DNA from: Candidatus Nealsonbacteria bacterium
Lineage (GTDB): Bacteria > Patescibacteriota > Minisyncoccia > Minisyncoccales > PWPS01
Length of the DNA: 64,000 nucleotides
Assembly: GCA_003551845.1 (NCBI GenBank)
Contig: PUNQ01000032.1
Span: 23,414 to 87,413, forward strand
Direction of reading: 5' to 3'
The notes beneath the pieces are model-generated. The model did no database searches. It saw only the letters and a program-made list of their open reading frames with translations, and had not been told where the DNA came from. A program made the position numbers and the translations under genes. Of the stretch, positions 46,619 through 56,522 are shown piece after piece. Position 1 is the first letter of the stretch. Each line of letters starts with the position of its first letter.

Positions 46619-47426
46619 TTTGATTTTAATCGATTTGGAAACTACGGGAACCGACCCCGACTTTCATGAAATAATTGAGATCGGAGGTATAAAGATTAAA
46701 AATATGAACCCGGTTGATGAGTTTTGCACTTTTGTCAATCCGAAAAGAAAGCTGAGCCCCGAAATAGTCGATATAACCGGAATAAGGGATGATGATTTAA
46801 AAAATGCACCTGAAAAAGAAGAGGCAATAGATAACTTCAAAAATTTTATAGGTGACACGCCTCTTCTGGCTCACAACATGGATTTTGACCGTTCCTTCAT
46901 AGAAAAAGAGGGAATAAAGGGTCCTTTTTTGGACAGTCTGGATTTATCCTGTATGCTTTTTCCGATAGAAAAAAAACATACCCAGGAGTATCTGCTTAAA
47001 AAAATTTGCGGGGTCAGCTATGAAGCCCACAGAGCACTTGAGGATGCGAAAAATCTTTTTACACTTTATAAAAGACTTTTGGATAGGGCGAAGAAAATGG
47101 ATGAAAGAGTAAAAAAAGAGATTCGTAATGCACTCAAGAGAACCGATTGGGAATTTAAGGAGATTTTCAGTTTTGATTCGAGTGAAGATGATTATTTGAC
47201 CGAAAAAGCGGAAAAAGCTAAATTTTGCCCAAAAAATTTGCCCGAAAACGCGGAAGGAATTCCCATGGCTCATCTGATGTCTTGGCTTTTTTATACCGAA
47301 ACGGGGAACTTGTCCGAGATTTCATACTGGGTAAGAAGAAAATACGAAAGCTTTTTTAAAAGAGTGAGTATAAAAAAGTGTAAGGGAAAGTGTAATTACT
47401 TTAATAACAATGGGCGATTATTCTAA
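46611..47426 (+). CDS. DnaQ-like 3'-5' exonuclease (DEDDh, epsilon-subunit-like).
   Basis: Exo I (LIDLETTG), a later HN.DFD motif and H..ALEDA (Exo III) are present. Confidence 0.7.
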   Translation: MNNLILIDLETTGTDPDFHEIIEIGGIKIKNMNPVDEFCTFVNPKRKLSPEIVDITGIRDDDLKNAPEKEEAIDNFKNFIGDTPLLAHNMDFDRSFIEKEGIKGPFLDSLDLSCMLFPIEKKHTQEYLLKKICGVSYEAHRALEDAKNLFTLYKRLLDRAKKMDERVKKEIRNALKRTDWEFKEIFSFDSSEDDYLTEKAEKAKFCPKNLPENAEGIPMAHLMSWLFYTETGNLSEISYWVRRKYESFFKRVSIKKCKGKCNYFNNNGRLF

Positions 47427-48786
47427 AAAATTCGCTACGAAATTAAAACCCTTCTTGACCGACAAGACTTTTACCGTCTCCGAATTCATAGATTTTATCA
47501 ACGGATTACTTGAGCCCCTCAAGCTCTGTAAGGTAATGATAAGGGGAGAGATAGGTGAAGACATATATGTTAACGAAAAAAACGGGTGGGTTATATTCAA
47601 TCTGATTGATCAAGAAAAATCCGAATTGGGGTGTTTCGGGTTGTCATACGTGGTTGACAGGATGGGTGTCGAGATAAGACCCGGCCTGGAAGTAAAAATT
47701 ACCGGCTATCCGCAACTGAGAAAAAAGAAGGGAAGATTCAGTTTTCAGGTTGAAAGAATAAATCCGGTAGGTGAGGGTGATTTAAAAAAGCAATTTGAAA
47801 TTTTAAAAAAAAGACTTGATGAAGAAGGATTTTTCGATCCGAAAAAGAAGAAGTCGATTCCTCAACTGATAAAAAGAGTAGGGCTCATTACTTCAAAAGG
47901 AAGTGATGCGGAAAAGGATTTTCTTACTCATCTGAAGGATTACGGATTTGAAGTTTTTAAATATTCGAGCAGGGTGGAGGGAGATGCGGCCGTTGACGGC
48001 ATCACCGAGGGGATAAAAATTCTTAATCGGAATTATTCCGATTTGGAAGCACTCGTTATTACGAGAGGAGGAGGAAGTTGGGAATCTTTACAAGCTTTTA
48101 ACAGTGAGGAGTTGGTCAAGGCCGCCTTTGCCTCCAGAATTCCGGTTATTTCCGCAATCGGTCATGAAAACGACGTTACTCTTCTTGATATGGTAGCGGA
48201 TAAAAGAGTTTCCACCCCGACGGATGCGGGTAAATTTTTATCCGAGTCATGGGAAGAAGCGGAAAGAAGGATTAACGATTCGGAAAAAAACTTATCCGCC
48301 TCAATAAAAAAAATAGTTTCTCAAATGGAAAAAAGATTTCTGGAGCAAGCTGCTTTTTTTGAAAGAAGAATCAAAAGAATATTGTCCGAGAAAGAAAAGG
48401 ATATGAATTACTTTTTAAATGCTTTAACCGATAAGATAGAACGAAAGATAGACAAATTCCATTCTTTGGAGAAAGAGTTCGAATCACAAAGTTACAAAAT
48501 TAAAATCGAAATAAAAAAGAAAAAAGAAAAGGTCATTAATTTTTATAAAGATTTACAAAAAAATAAATTACGCTGGGAGAAGACAATTGAAAAATATCTT
48601 TTAAAGGAGGACGAAAAGTTAAATCTTTCGAGTCCCGATTTAAAACTAAAACAAGGATATTCAATCACCAAACTGCAGGGAAAGATTTTAAAGTCGGTTA
48701 ATGATTTGTCTGCCGGGGAGGTTATCGAAACCACCTTGGTGGATGGAGTTGTCGAATCCCGGGTAAAAGAAAATGAGCAAAAATAA
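47410..48786 (+). CDS. xseA: Exodeoxyribonuclease VII large subunit.
   Basis: An N-terminal OB fold precedes the catalytic core (ITSKGSDAEKDF...VITRGGGS). The gene is followed by xseB. Confidence 0.8.
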   Translation: MGDYSKKFATKLKPFLTDKTFTVSEFIDFINGLLEPLKLCKVMIRGEIGEDIYVNEKNGWVIFNLIDQEKSELGCFGLSYVVDRMGVEIRPGLEVKITGYPQLRKKKGRFSFQVERINPVGEGDLKKQFEILKKRLDEEGFFDPKKKKSIPQLIKRVGLITSKGSDAEKDFLTHLKDYGFEVFKYSSRVEGDAAVDGITEGIKILNRNYSDLEALVITRGGGSWESLQAFNSEELVKAAFASRIPVISAIGHENDVTLLDMVADKRVSTPTDAGKFLSESWEEAERRINDSEKNLSASIKKIVSQMEKRFLEQAAFFERRIKRILSEKEKDMNYFLNALTDKIERKIDKFHSLEKEFESQSYKIKIEIKKKKEKVINFYKDLQKNKLRWEKTIEKYLLKEDEKLNLSSPDLKLKQGYSITKLQGKILKSVNDLSAGEVIETTLVDGVVESRVKENEQK

Positions 48787-48979
48787 CTTCGATTTCACGA
48801 AAGCGTACAAAGAAATAGAAGAAATAAACGAATGGTTTCAGAAAGAGGAAATAGACCTGGAAGAAGCTTTGGAAAAATATGAACGAGGTATGGAGCTGAT
48901 AAAAAAATGCAGGGAAAGATTGGAAAAGTCAAAAAATAAATTCAAAGAAATAAAAGATAAATATAAAAATGATGAATAA
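48773..48979 (+). CDS. xseB: Exodeoxyribonuclease VII small subunit.
   Basis: A 68-aa helical protein (FTKAYKEIEEINEWFQKEEIDLEEALEKYERGMELIKKCRERL) that overlaps the xseA stop. Confidence 0.75.
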   Translation: MSKNNFDFTKAYKEIEEINEWFQKEEIDLEEALEKYERGMELIKKCRERLEKSKNKFKEIKDKYKNDE

Positions 48980-48984
48980 ATAAA

Positions 48985-50076
48985 ATGACTCCGGAAGAAT
49001 CAATAAAAAAATTAAAAGAAGGCAAATCTTCGGATGAACTAAAAGAAGCGAAAAGAGAATTAAAGAGAGCTTTCAAGGATGAAATTGAAAAAAAAGCGGC
49101 TTTCAGAAAAATAGTCAATGATTTGGATCAATTTTCGCTCATTGACCGAGAAAAGAATAAAATAGCTTTTATTTACGGATTAAAATTGGCAGCCGGAGAG
49201 AATGGCAAAGAACACTTTCCCTTGTTCAGTAGATTCATCATAAGCAACATACAGGATGATTCCGGAAATGTTCGCAAGGCAATAATCGAATTGGCCGACT
49301 CGTTGATATCATCCATGCTTTTGAAAAGCGATGAATTGTCTAAAGAGGATAAAGAAATTTTCAGTCGATTTATCGATGAAATACTAATTTTACTTGAAAA
49401 TTATTATGATTCCGAATATGACAAATATGTGAATCTGCAAGACTTACCTCCCTCCAAATATAAAAGTTTGGAGATGCTTCTCGGCAGGATAATGAATCCG
49501 GGCAAAAAAGATTTTTTTTCTTACGACAAAAAGGCGGGAATGCCGGAGTGGATGGATTGCACTTGGCGCAGAAATCCTTGCATGAAAAAAGAGTGCCCCA
49601 TTTGTTCTCGGATTAGAAATATCGAAGAAGCGACGGATCTTTTTGACAGGGGAGAGTTCTTTATCGAAATAGCGGAAGAAGAAGAGGACAAAAGAGAAGA
49701 TCTTCCCGAGCCGGAAGAATTTCCCTTTTATATTGAAGTCAGGGATTGGATCGATCGGGTTGTAGATATTTCCGAAAAATCACGTCAGGGAGGTGAATTT
49801 TGGATATTCACTGAAGAAGCAGCCGATCTTTTTTGGTATATCAACGTTCTCAGCGCCAAGCTTTATCGTCAATTATGTAACAGGTATATGATGGAAAATT
49901 CGGATGATCGTAATTTTATCGATTACAGGTATACCAAATATGTTTTAACGGAATCCATAAAGAAAATTAAAAAAGCGCTAAAAGAGATTTTAAAGTCGAA
50001 ACCCGATCAAAGAGAAGAAATAAATCTCGCTTTTGAAAAAATTGCGGATCTCGAAGAGAGGGTGTTGAACATATAG
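48985..50076 (+). CDS. Hypothetical protein (363 aa).
   Basis: ORF only; no recognised motifs except CPICS. Confidence 0.35.
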   Translation: MTPEESIKKLKEGKSSDELKEAKRELKRAFKDEIEKKAAFRKIVNDLDQFSLIDREKNKIAFIYGLKLAAGENGKEHFPLFSRFIISNIQDDSGNVRKAIIELADSLISSMLLKSDELSKEDKEIFSRFIDEILILLENYYDSEYDKYVNLQDLPPSKYKSLEMLLGRIMNPGKKDFFSYDKKAGMPEWMDCTWRRNPCMKKECPICSRIRNIEEATDLFDRGEFFIEIAEEEEDKREDLPEPEEFPFYIEVRDWIDRVVDISEKSRQGGEFWIFTEEAADLFWYINVLSAKLYRQLCNRYMMENSDDRNFIDYRYTKYVLTESIKKIKKALKEILKSKPDQREEINLAFEKIADLEERVLNI

Positions 50077-50117
50077 CTACTCCGTCTTGAACGAGATTAT
50101 TAATTTTCACTAAAAAT

Positions 50118-50627
50118 ATGATTATCAAAGTTAATAAGGACGACGAAAAAATAGGGGAAATTGAAAAAATGAAAGCTCATCAAGAAGGAGTTTTGCACAG
50201 AGCATTTTCTATTTTCATATTGAACGACAAGGGAGAGATGCTTTTACAGAAGCGAGCCGGTGGAAAGTATCACGGTGGAGGGCTTTGGTCCAATACCTGT
50301 TGCAGCCATCCGACAAGGCAAGAGGGCTTGAAAAAGCAAGCGGAAAAAAGACTCAAAGAGGAGGTGGGCTTTACTACGAAAATAAAGAAAATAGGAGAGA
50401 TTAAATATAACTTAAAAGTGGGAAACTTGATTGAACATGAATATGACCATCTATTTATGGGTAATTACAACGGAAAGGTGAACCCCGATCCGAAAGAAGT
50501 TTCGGATTATAAATGGGTTTCTTTAGAAAAATTGGAAAAAGATTTAAAAGAGAATCCGAACATATACACTCCCTGGTTTAAGCTTTTATACTTTGAATTT
50601 TCGAACAGTTTCAAAATCAATGGTTGA
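50118..50627 (+). CDS. idi: Isopentenyl-diphosphate delta-isomerase, type 1 (Nudix).
   Basis: GVLHRAFSIFILN...LQKRA..K..GGLWSNTCCSHP is the IDI-1 signature, and a conserved EYDHLF region follows. Confidence 0.8.
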   Translation: MIIKVNKDDEKIGEIEKMKAHQEGVLHRAFSIFILNDKGEMLLQKRAGGKYHGGGLWSNTCCSHPTRQEGLKKQAEKRLKEEVGFTTKIKKIGEIKYNLKVGNLIEHEYDHLFMGNYNGKVNPDPKEVSDYKWVSLEKLEKDLKENPNIYTPWFKLLYFEFSNSFKING

Positions 50628-50684
50628 CATGGTAATTCAGCTTGATAATATTAAAATAAGTATTAGTAATAATTATTAATAATT

Positions 50685-51440
50685 ATGAAAAAAATAATAA
50701 TTATTTCAATAATCGCTATTTTTGTTGCCGGGGTGTTTCTAATTTTGGAAACTCCGGAAGAGATAGAGAACGGAGAAGAGGTATTGCCTGAGAGAGAGGT
50801 GGAATTCGTAGCGGAAGGGGATCAGGAAGCACAAGAAATCAGAGTCTCGGAAGAAGGAGAAGAAGTTTTTTCGATTAACATCGATGAGTTGAATCAATGG
50901 ACAATCGACAACTGGGACTATTTTGATGAACCTCCACAAGTTGCAATGAGGGATGTCGAACCGGGCAGTTTCGGATTTTTTGACAGAGCGGCGAGCATTT
51001 CTCCGGACAATCAAAAATTGATATTTTCAGTTAGTGATTACGCTGCGGCGACCACCACATCGATTTTAATCGTTATCGATTTGGAAACGGAAGAAATGGA
51101 GATGATGGCGACTCCGGCAAGAGGAACGGTTGAAGATTACGTCTGGGACGAAGATTCTTCTCGGGTAGCCTACACACTGGGAACCGCGAGAGCCGCCGGA
51201 GATTTTTTGAGAGTGGATGATTTGAGTGCCATGGATATCGTTTTCGAACTTACCGAAGAAGATCTTTTGGAGATTATCGATCCGGACCAAGAAGTGATTG
51301 AGATGGGGCAATTCATGCCCGTTTTTGATGATCTTAATTGGGAGGCGGAAAGATTAAGCTTTACGACGGAAAGTCTCGATTCCGATGATAGGACTTCTTG
51401 GGTTATCGATCAAGACGGGAATAATTTGGAGCTGGAATAA
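50685..51440 (+). CDS. Hypothetical acidic membrane-anchored protein.
   Basis: An N-terminal TM helix, an E/D-rich body, and a terminator at 51461-51491. Confidence 0.4.
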   Translation: MKKIIIISIIAIFVAGVFLILETPEEIENGEEVLPEREVEFVAEGDQEAQEIRVSEEGEEVFSINIDELNQWTIDNWDYFDEPPQVAMRDVEPGSFGFFDRAASISPDNQKLIFSVSDYAAATTTSILIVIDLETEEMEMMATPARGTVEDYVWDEDSSRVAYTLGTARAAGDFLRVDDLSAMDIVFELTEEDLLEIIDPDQEVIEMGQFMPVFDDLNWEAERLSFTTESLDSDDRTSWVIDQDGNNLELE

Positions 51441-51460
51441 AGACGTAAAAGTATTCTTGA

Positions 51461-51491
51461 AGAGCAACCTCTGCGGGTTGCTCTTTTTTTA
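51461..51491 (+). terminator. Rho-independent terminator.
   Basis: AGAGCAACC-TCTGCG-GGTTGCTCT is followed by TTTTTTT. Confidence 0.6.
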
Positions 51492-51511
51492 CTTTAATTG
51501 AAGTGATATAA

Positions 51512-51940
51512 TTGAATATATCTTTAATTAAAATCGATAATATGAGTTGGACTATTTACCTTACGGCAATATCCATTTTTTTACTCATTGATGCTTTTTG
51601 GCTCGGCTTTATAGCAAAGAGGTTTTATAGAAAAGAAATAGGATTCTTGCTGAGTTCGAACGTAAATTGGGTAGCTGCCGGACTATTCTACATTCTTTTT
51701 GTTTTCGGGCTCGTTTTTTTTGTGATAGAGCCGGCAATAAAAGGTGGAGCATGGATTGATGCTCTGTTTTCGGGTTCACTTTTCGGGTTGATAGCTTACG
51801 CAACTTATGATTTAACCAACCTGGCAACGATTGAGGGTTGGCCCTTGAAAGTTACCATAATCGATCTTATTTGGGGGGTTTTTATCGGTGGAAGCGTTTC
51901 CACAATCACTTACCTGGTGGCAATAGAATTAATAATATGA
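51512..51940 (+). CDS. Small membrane protein (DUF2177-like, 4 TM).
   Basis: Hydrophobic ORF; its stop overlaps the next start (ATGA). Confidence 0.4.
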   Translation: MNISLIKIDNMSWTIYLTAISIFLLIDAFWLGFIAKRFYRKEIGFLLSSNVNWVAAGLFYILFVFGLVFFVIEPAIKGGAWIDALFSGSLFGLIAYATYDLTNLATIEGWPLKVTIIDLIWGVFIGGSVSTITYLVAIELII

Positions 51941-52707
51941 ACTATTTTATCCTTTTGGCTATCATCCTGCTCATCTACATGAGTTTTTGGTTTATCGTTT
52001 CCCTGATTAAAAAGAGGAATGATTTGGCGGATACTGCCTGGGGGCTGGGATTTGTTCTTTTGGCGCTTGTTTCTTTTTATATCAATTATCAAAATTATGG
52101 ATTTTCTCCAAGGCCGATTTTAGTCACGGGAATGATTGTTTTGTGGGGTATTAGGCTCGCTTTGCATATCCATTTTAGAAACAGGGGAGGTGAGGAGGAT
52201 TACAGATATAAAAAGTGGAGAGAAGAATGGAAGTATTTTAAAATAAGATCCTTCTTTCAGGTTTATCTATTGCAGGGATTTTTGCTTTTTATCATCTCCT
52301 TGCCGGTCTTAATGATTAACCGAGTTCCCGCTTCAAATCTGCAAATAATTGATTTTATCGGTCTTTCGGTTTGGATAATCGGATTTTTATTTGAAGTGAT
52401 AGGAGATTATCAGTTAAAGAAATTCATAGAAGATCCGGAGAAGGAAGGAATAATGCAGTCGGGTCTTTGGAAATGGAGCAGGCATCCGAATTATTTCGGA
52501 GAAGTTGTCGGGTGGTGGGGCATTTGGATAATATCTTTGTCCGGAACGTCTTCTTTTCTCGGGATAGTCGCTCCGCTGACGATCACTTTTCTAATTTTAA
52601 AGGTGTCGGGAATTCCTCCGTTGGAGAAAAGAATGTCCGGAAAGCCGGGTTTTGAGGATTACAGAAAGAAAACGAGCCTATTTTTTCCACTCCCTCCCAA
52701 AAAATAG
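51937..52707 (+). CDS. DUF1295 / steroid 5-alpha-reductase-ICMT-like membrane protein.
   Basis: WKWSRHPNYFGEVVGWWG and 6-7 TM helices. The start is set at MNYFILL (51937). Confidence 0.6.
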   Translation: MNYFILLAIILLIYMSFWFIVSLIKKRNDLADTAWGLGFVLLALVSFYINYQNYGFSPRPILVTGMIVLWGIRLALHIHFRNRGGEEDYRYKKWREEWKYFKIRSFFQVYLLQGFLLFIISLPVLMINRVPASNLQIIDFIGLSVWIIGFLFEVIGDYQLKKFIEDPEKEGIMQSGLWKWSRHPNYFGEVVGWWGIWIISLSGTSSFLGIVAPLTITFLILKVSGIPPLEKRMSGKPGFEDYRKKTSLFFPLPPKK

Positions 52708-52780
52708 TGCTTTCTCGAGACTATTTATCGGCTTTCCTTTTTATGTTATGGTTATAAACAGTCTATTTTAATCACATACC

Positions 52781-53539
52781 ATGAGAGCGAGCCCGGAAAA
52801 TATTTTACTTGTCTATTTTATCTTCACCATTGTCGGATGGTTTTTGGAACTCTGTTACAGGTCTTTGAAAGCCAAAAAAGTAACCAATCCCGGGTTTTTA
52901 AGCGGTCCCTACCTTCCCATACACGGCTTCGGTGGTCTCGTTGCTTATTTTATTTCAGTCTATTCGGAGGAATTATCCCTGATTGGCTCCGCCCTCTTTT
53001 TTTTATTCGCCATTTTTCTCTTGGAATTTTCTACGGGAATCTTTTTCAAGAAAATCTTCAAAATAAGACTTTGGGATTATTCGGACAGAAGACTCAATAT
53101 TAACGGGTATGTTTGTCCGACATTTCTATTTTATTGGCTGCTTTTGGGAGCACTTTTCAGATATTTTCTTTTTCCTTATTTTGATTACTTGATTCGGGAA
53201 ATTGCACTTTCGGGAACACAGATATTTTTTCTGGGATTCTTTTACGGTATTTTTTTGATAGACACGATACAATCTTTCGATTTGGCATATAAAGTTAGAG
53301 AAACGATGAATCAATTCAGCCAAGATCATATCTCCGGAAGAGTTTTCGCTTTGAAAAATTTGTATGGAGAAGTAAACTTCAAATTGAATGAAAAAATTAA
53401 TTTATCCAAAAAAGCGACGGGAATCAAGCAGGTAGTCCTTTATTTTGTTAATTATTTCAGATTAGCCGGCGGAGTCAGAAAAGAATTGGAAGAAACCGTT
53501 AGAAGGAAAATCAGGAATGTGTCGAATAATAAAGATTAA
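52781..53539 (+). CDS. Hypothetical polytopic membrane protein.
   Basis: ORF with about 6 TM helices. Confidence 0.35.
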   Translation: MRASPENILLVYFIFTIVGWFLELCYRSLKAKKVTNPGFLSGPYLPIHGFGGLVAYFISVYSEELSLIGSALFFLFAIFLLEFSTGIFFKKIFKIRLWDYSDRRLNINGYVCPTFLFYWLLLGALFRYFLFPYFDYLIREIALSGTQIFFLGFFYGIFLIDTIQSFDLAYKVRETMNQFSQDHISGRVFALKNLYGEVNFKLNEKINLSKKATGIKQVVLYFVNYFRLAGGVRKELEETVRRKIRNVSNNKD

Positions 53540-53559
53540 TAAATATTAAAATTAAATTA

Positions 53560-54111
53560 ATGTGGACTAAAAAAGAACAGCAAGCATTGGAGTTTTCCTT
53601 TCAGGCGCATAAAGGGCAAAAACGAAAAGGGTCCGGTGTGGATTATATTGCTCATCCGATGACGGTGGCCCTTATTTTGGCCAAAATCGGAGTTGAAGAA
53701 GAAGTTTTGATTGCCGGTATCTTACACGACATCATTGAAGACACGGATTTCGAGAAAAAAGATATAAAAGAGCAATTCGGTCCGGTTGTCGCTAAGCTGG
53801 TGGAAGAAGTTTCGGAAGACAAAAAACTGCCTTATGAAACCAGAAAAAGGATGGCCTTTGAGAAAATTTCCAAAATAAGTCGAGAGGCGACCTTGATTAA
53901 AGCTGCCGATACTTTAGCTAATCTTACCGATCTGACTCGGCATTTGAGCAAAGAAGGGGAAGAGGCTTTCGATATTTTCAATACCGACAAAGGGAGAAAA
54001 ATAGAGCAAATTAAAAAAAACGTATCGGAAATAAAAAAAAGAATTAAAAATGAAGACTTGAGGGCAAAGCTGACAAAAAGACTTGAAGAGATAAAAGAAT
54101 ATGAAGATTAA
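53560..54111 (+). CDS. HD-domain (p)ppGpp hydrolase (SpoT/RelA-type hydrolase domain only; small alarmone hydrolase-like).
   Basis: FSFQAHKGQKRKGSGVDYIAHPMTVALILA...ILHDIIEDTD matches the RelA/SpoT HD hydrolase domain. Confidence 0.7.
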   Translation: MWTKKEQQALEFSFQAHKGQKRKGSGVDYIAHPMTVALILAKIGVEEEVLIAGILHDIIEDTDFEKKDIKEQFGPVVAKLVEEVSEDKKLPYETRKRMAFEKISKISREATLIKAADTLANLTDLTRHLSKEGEEAFDIFNTDKGRKIEQIKKNVSEIKKRIKNEDLRAKLTKRLEEIKEYED

Positions 54112-56008
54112 TTATGAAAAATTATTGAACTCCGAACAGCTGGAAGTCGTTGAAAACGGTGAGGGGTACTGTTTGGTTCTGAGTGGGCCGGGGTCCGGGA
54201 AAACGAGGACATTGACATTCAGGGTGGCCTACCTTTTGGAGAAAGGAATCGATCCGGAAAGGATATTGCTTTTGACCTTTACCAAAAAAGCGGCTAAAGA
54301 GATGTTGAGAAGAATCAGGGGGCTGGTCGGTCACGAAGCCGACAGAGTTTTAGGAGGAACTTTTCACCACGTGGGGAATTTTTATTTAAGAAAATATTCC
54401 GATCTCTTGGGATATGAAAGACACTATACGATCCTGGATCAAGAGGACAGTAAAAACGTTATCCAGCTGGCTATTGAAGAAATGGAAGAGGTAAAAAGCT
54501 TGCCGAAAGCCAAGTCAATTCAAAAATTTATCTCTTTAGCCGTCAATTCCAACAAGTCACTTTCCGAAACGATTGATGATGAAAAAATTCCCGCAAACAA
54601 GCTTGATTATCTCGAAGAGGTCAAGAGAATATATGAAAAAAGGAAGAAGGAAAAGAATATGATGGATTACGATGATTTGTTGATAAATTGGTTAAAGCTC
54701 TTGAAAAAAAGCGATCTTAAGGACGAAATTGCCGACAGGTTTAAGTATATTTTAGTCGACGAGTATCAAGACACCAATGTTATTCAGGATAAAATTTTGG
54801 GAAAACTGTCTTCAAAGCATGAAAATTTGATGGTTGTCGGCGATGACTCGCAAAGTATTTATTCTTTCAGGGCGGCAGAAATTAAAAATATATTGAATTT
54901 TACGGAAAAATATCCGGCAAAAATTTTTAAACTTGAAACCAATTATAGAAGCACTCCGGAAATATTGAAGTTGGCCAACTGCATAATCAAAAATAATAAT
55001 TCAAAACTAAATAAAAGTCTTAAAAGTGTCAAAAAGGAAGGTGCGAAGCCGGTAATAGCTTGCTTGACCTCGCCGAGAGAGCAATCCCGTTTCATAGTCA
55101 GGACTCTCGAAGAAAAGAAGATTTCCGAAAGTGCGGTTTTGTTTCGAGCTCATTACCATGCGGCGGGATTGGAATTGGAGCTGGCCAAAGAAGGAATTCC
55201 CTATGTAGTAAGGGGAGGGACTCGATTTTTTGAAAAAGCACATATAAAAGATGTTTCTTCATTTTTGAAGCTTTTAATCAATCCCAAAGATGAGTCTTCC
55301 TGGATTAGAGTTTTAAAAATGCAGGAAGGAATAGGAGATGCTTACGCTCAAAGGATGACTAAAAAAGTGACTCTCCAACCGGAAATAACTTTTAAAAACA
55401 AGGATTTCGGAGATCAATTTCCGGAAAAGGTGGCAACCGGAATCGAAGAGATATTGAATTTAATCGAAGCGATAAAGAAGATTGACGAACCGGAAAAAAA
55501 GATAGAATACTTTTTGGAAAATTGGTACTTCGAAAAAGCCGAGGAAGGATTTGATAACCCGGAAGAGAGAAAAGAGGACTTGACTCAACTCATCTCCTTA
55601 TCCAAAGAATATGACGATTTGGAGAGCATGTTGTCCGATTTCGCTTTAAATGAGGATTTTGAAGTGAGTGAGAGCAATTTTCAAGGAGCACTAACCCTGA
55701 GCACCATTCATCAAGCAAAGGGATTGGAGTGGAAAAATGTTTTTATAATCGGGTTGAAAGAAGGGAAATTCCCCCACAAAAAAGCTCTCGATGAAGACTT
55801 GATCGAAGAAGAGCGTCGTCTATTCTATGTGGCCGTTACCAGATGTAAAACCGATCTTTATTTGACTTATCCTCTTTTTGAAAAGAACGGCTCAACGAAT
55901 CCCTCCAGATTTTTACGGGAAGTTGAAGATTATTCGATAGAGGAATGGGAAAGTGACGACGAAGAAGAGATTGAACTTATCGATGAGGACGACTTTGACT
56001 TTTTTTAA
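54101..56008 (+). CDS. UvrD/PcrA/Rep-family DNA helicase.
   Basis: Motifs I (GPGSGKTRT), II (DEYQDTN), III (VVGDDSQSIYSFRAA), V (IHQAKGLEW) and VI (RRLFYVAVTR) are present. The start overlaps the HD-domain gene by 11 nt. Confidence 0.8.
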   Translation: MKINYEKLLNSEQLEVVENGEGYCLVLSGPGSGKTRTLTFRVAYLLEKGIDPERILLLTFTKKAAKEMLRRIRGLVGHEADRVLGGTFHHVGNFYLRKYSDLLGYERHYTILDQEDSKNVIQLAIEEMEEVKSLPKAKSIQKFISLAVNSNKSLSETIDDEKIPANKLDYLEEVKRIYEKRKKEKNMMDYDDLLINWLKLLKKSDLKDEIADRFKYILVDEYQDTNVIQDKILGKLSSKHENLMVVGDDSQSIYSFRAAEIKNILNFTEKYPAKIFKLETNYRSTPEILKLANCIIKNNNSKLNKSLKSVKKEGAKPVIACLTSPREQSRFIVRTLEEKKISESAVLFRAHYHAAGLELELAKEGIPYVVRGGTRFFEKAHIKDVSSFLKLLINPKDESSWIRVLKMQEGIGDAYAQRMTKKVTLQPEITFKNKDFGDQFPEKVATGIEEILNLIEAIKKIDEPEKKIEYFLENWYFEKAEEGFDNPEERKEDLTQLISLSKEYDDLESMLSDFALNEDFEVSESNFQGALTLSTIHQAKGLEWKNVFIIGLKEGKFPHKKALDEDLIEEERRLFYVAVTRCKTDLYLTYPLFEKNGSTNPSRFLREVEDYSIEEWESDDEEEIELIDEDDFDFF

Positions 56009-56023
56009 ATAATTTCAAAATTC

Positions 56024-56260
56024 ATGATTGAGAATAAGAAATTAATAAGAGTAAAAGTAAAAACGGGACAAAAAAAGGAAAAAGTAACTCGGAAAAGCGA
56101 TCAATTAATTTTAAAATTAAAAGAAGAAGCAAAGAGAGGGGAGGCGAATCGTCGCATCTTTAAAATTCTTTCTTTGATTTTTCCGGAAAAACGTATAGAA
56201 TTAGTCAAAGGTTCGAAAAGTAAAAATAAAATTTTTAAAATCTATGACAAAAAGAATTGA
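56024..56260 (+). CDS. DUF167 (YggU-like) protein.
   Basis: VKVKTGQKKEKV...GEANRRIFKILSLIF...VKGSKSKNKIFKI fits the DUF167 pattern. Confidence 0.5.
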   Translation: MIENKKLIRVKVKTGQKKEKVTRKSDQLILKLKEEAKRGEANRRIFKILSLIFPEKRIELVKGSKSKNKIFKIYDKKN

Positions 56261-56522
56261 AAAACCGTTTTTAGTGGTAGTTATGATTGTCTCGATGATC
56301 GCAGCCGGGCTTCATTTCATCAGATTGAGCTTGGGCTGGGACTTCATAATTCACGACTGGGACGTTCCCACTTTGGTGAGCAGTTTCATAATCGTGATTA
56401 CCATATTTATTACTTACTGGGCGTGGATAATTTTAACTTATGAAGAAAGTGAAAAGAGTGATAAGAAGAAAAGTGAAAAAGAAGAATTCCCTGAAGAAGG
56501 AGATGAAAATTTTGATGGCTGA
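56244..56522 (+). CDS. Small membrane protein (2 TM), hypothetical.
   Basis: Hydrophobic ORF. Confidence 0.3.
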   Translation: MTKRIEKPFLVVVMIVSMIAAGLHFIRLSLGWDFIIHDWDVPTLVSSFIIVITIFITYWAWIILTYEESEKSDKKKSEKEEFPEEGDENFDG

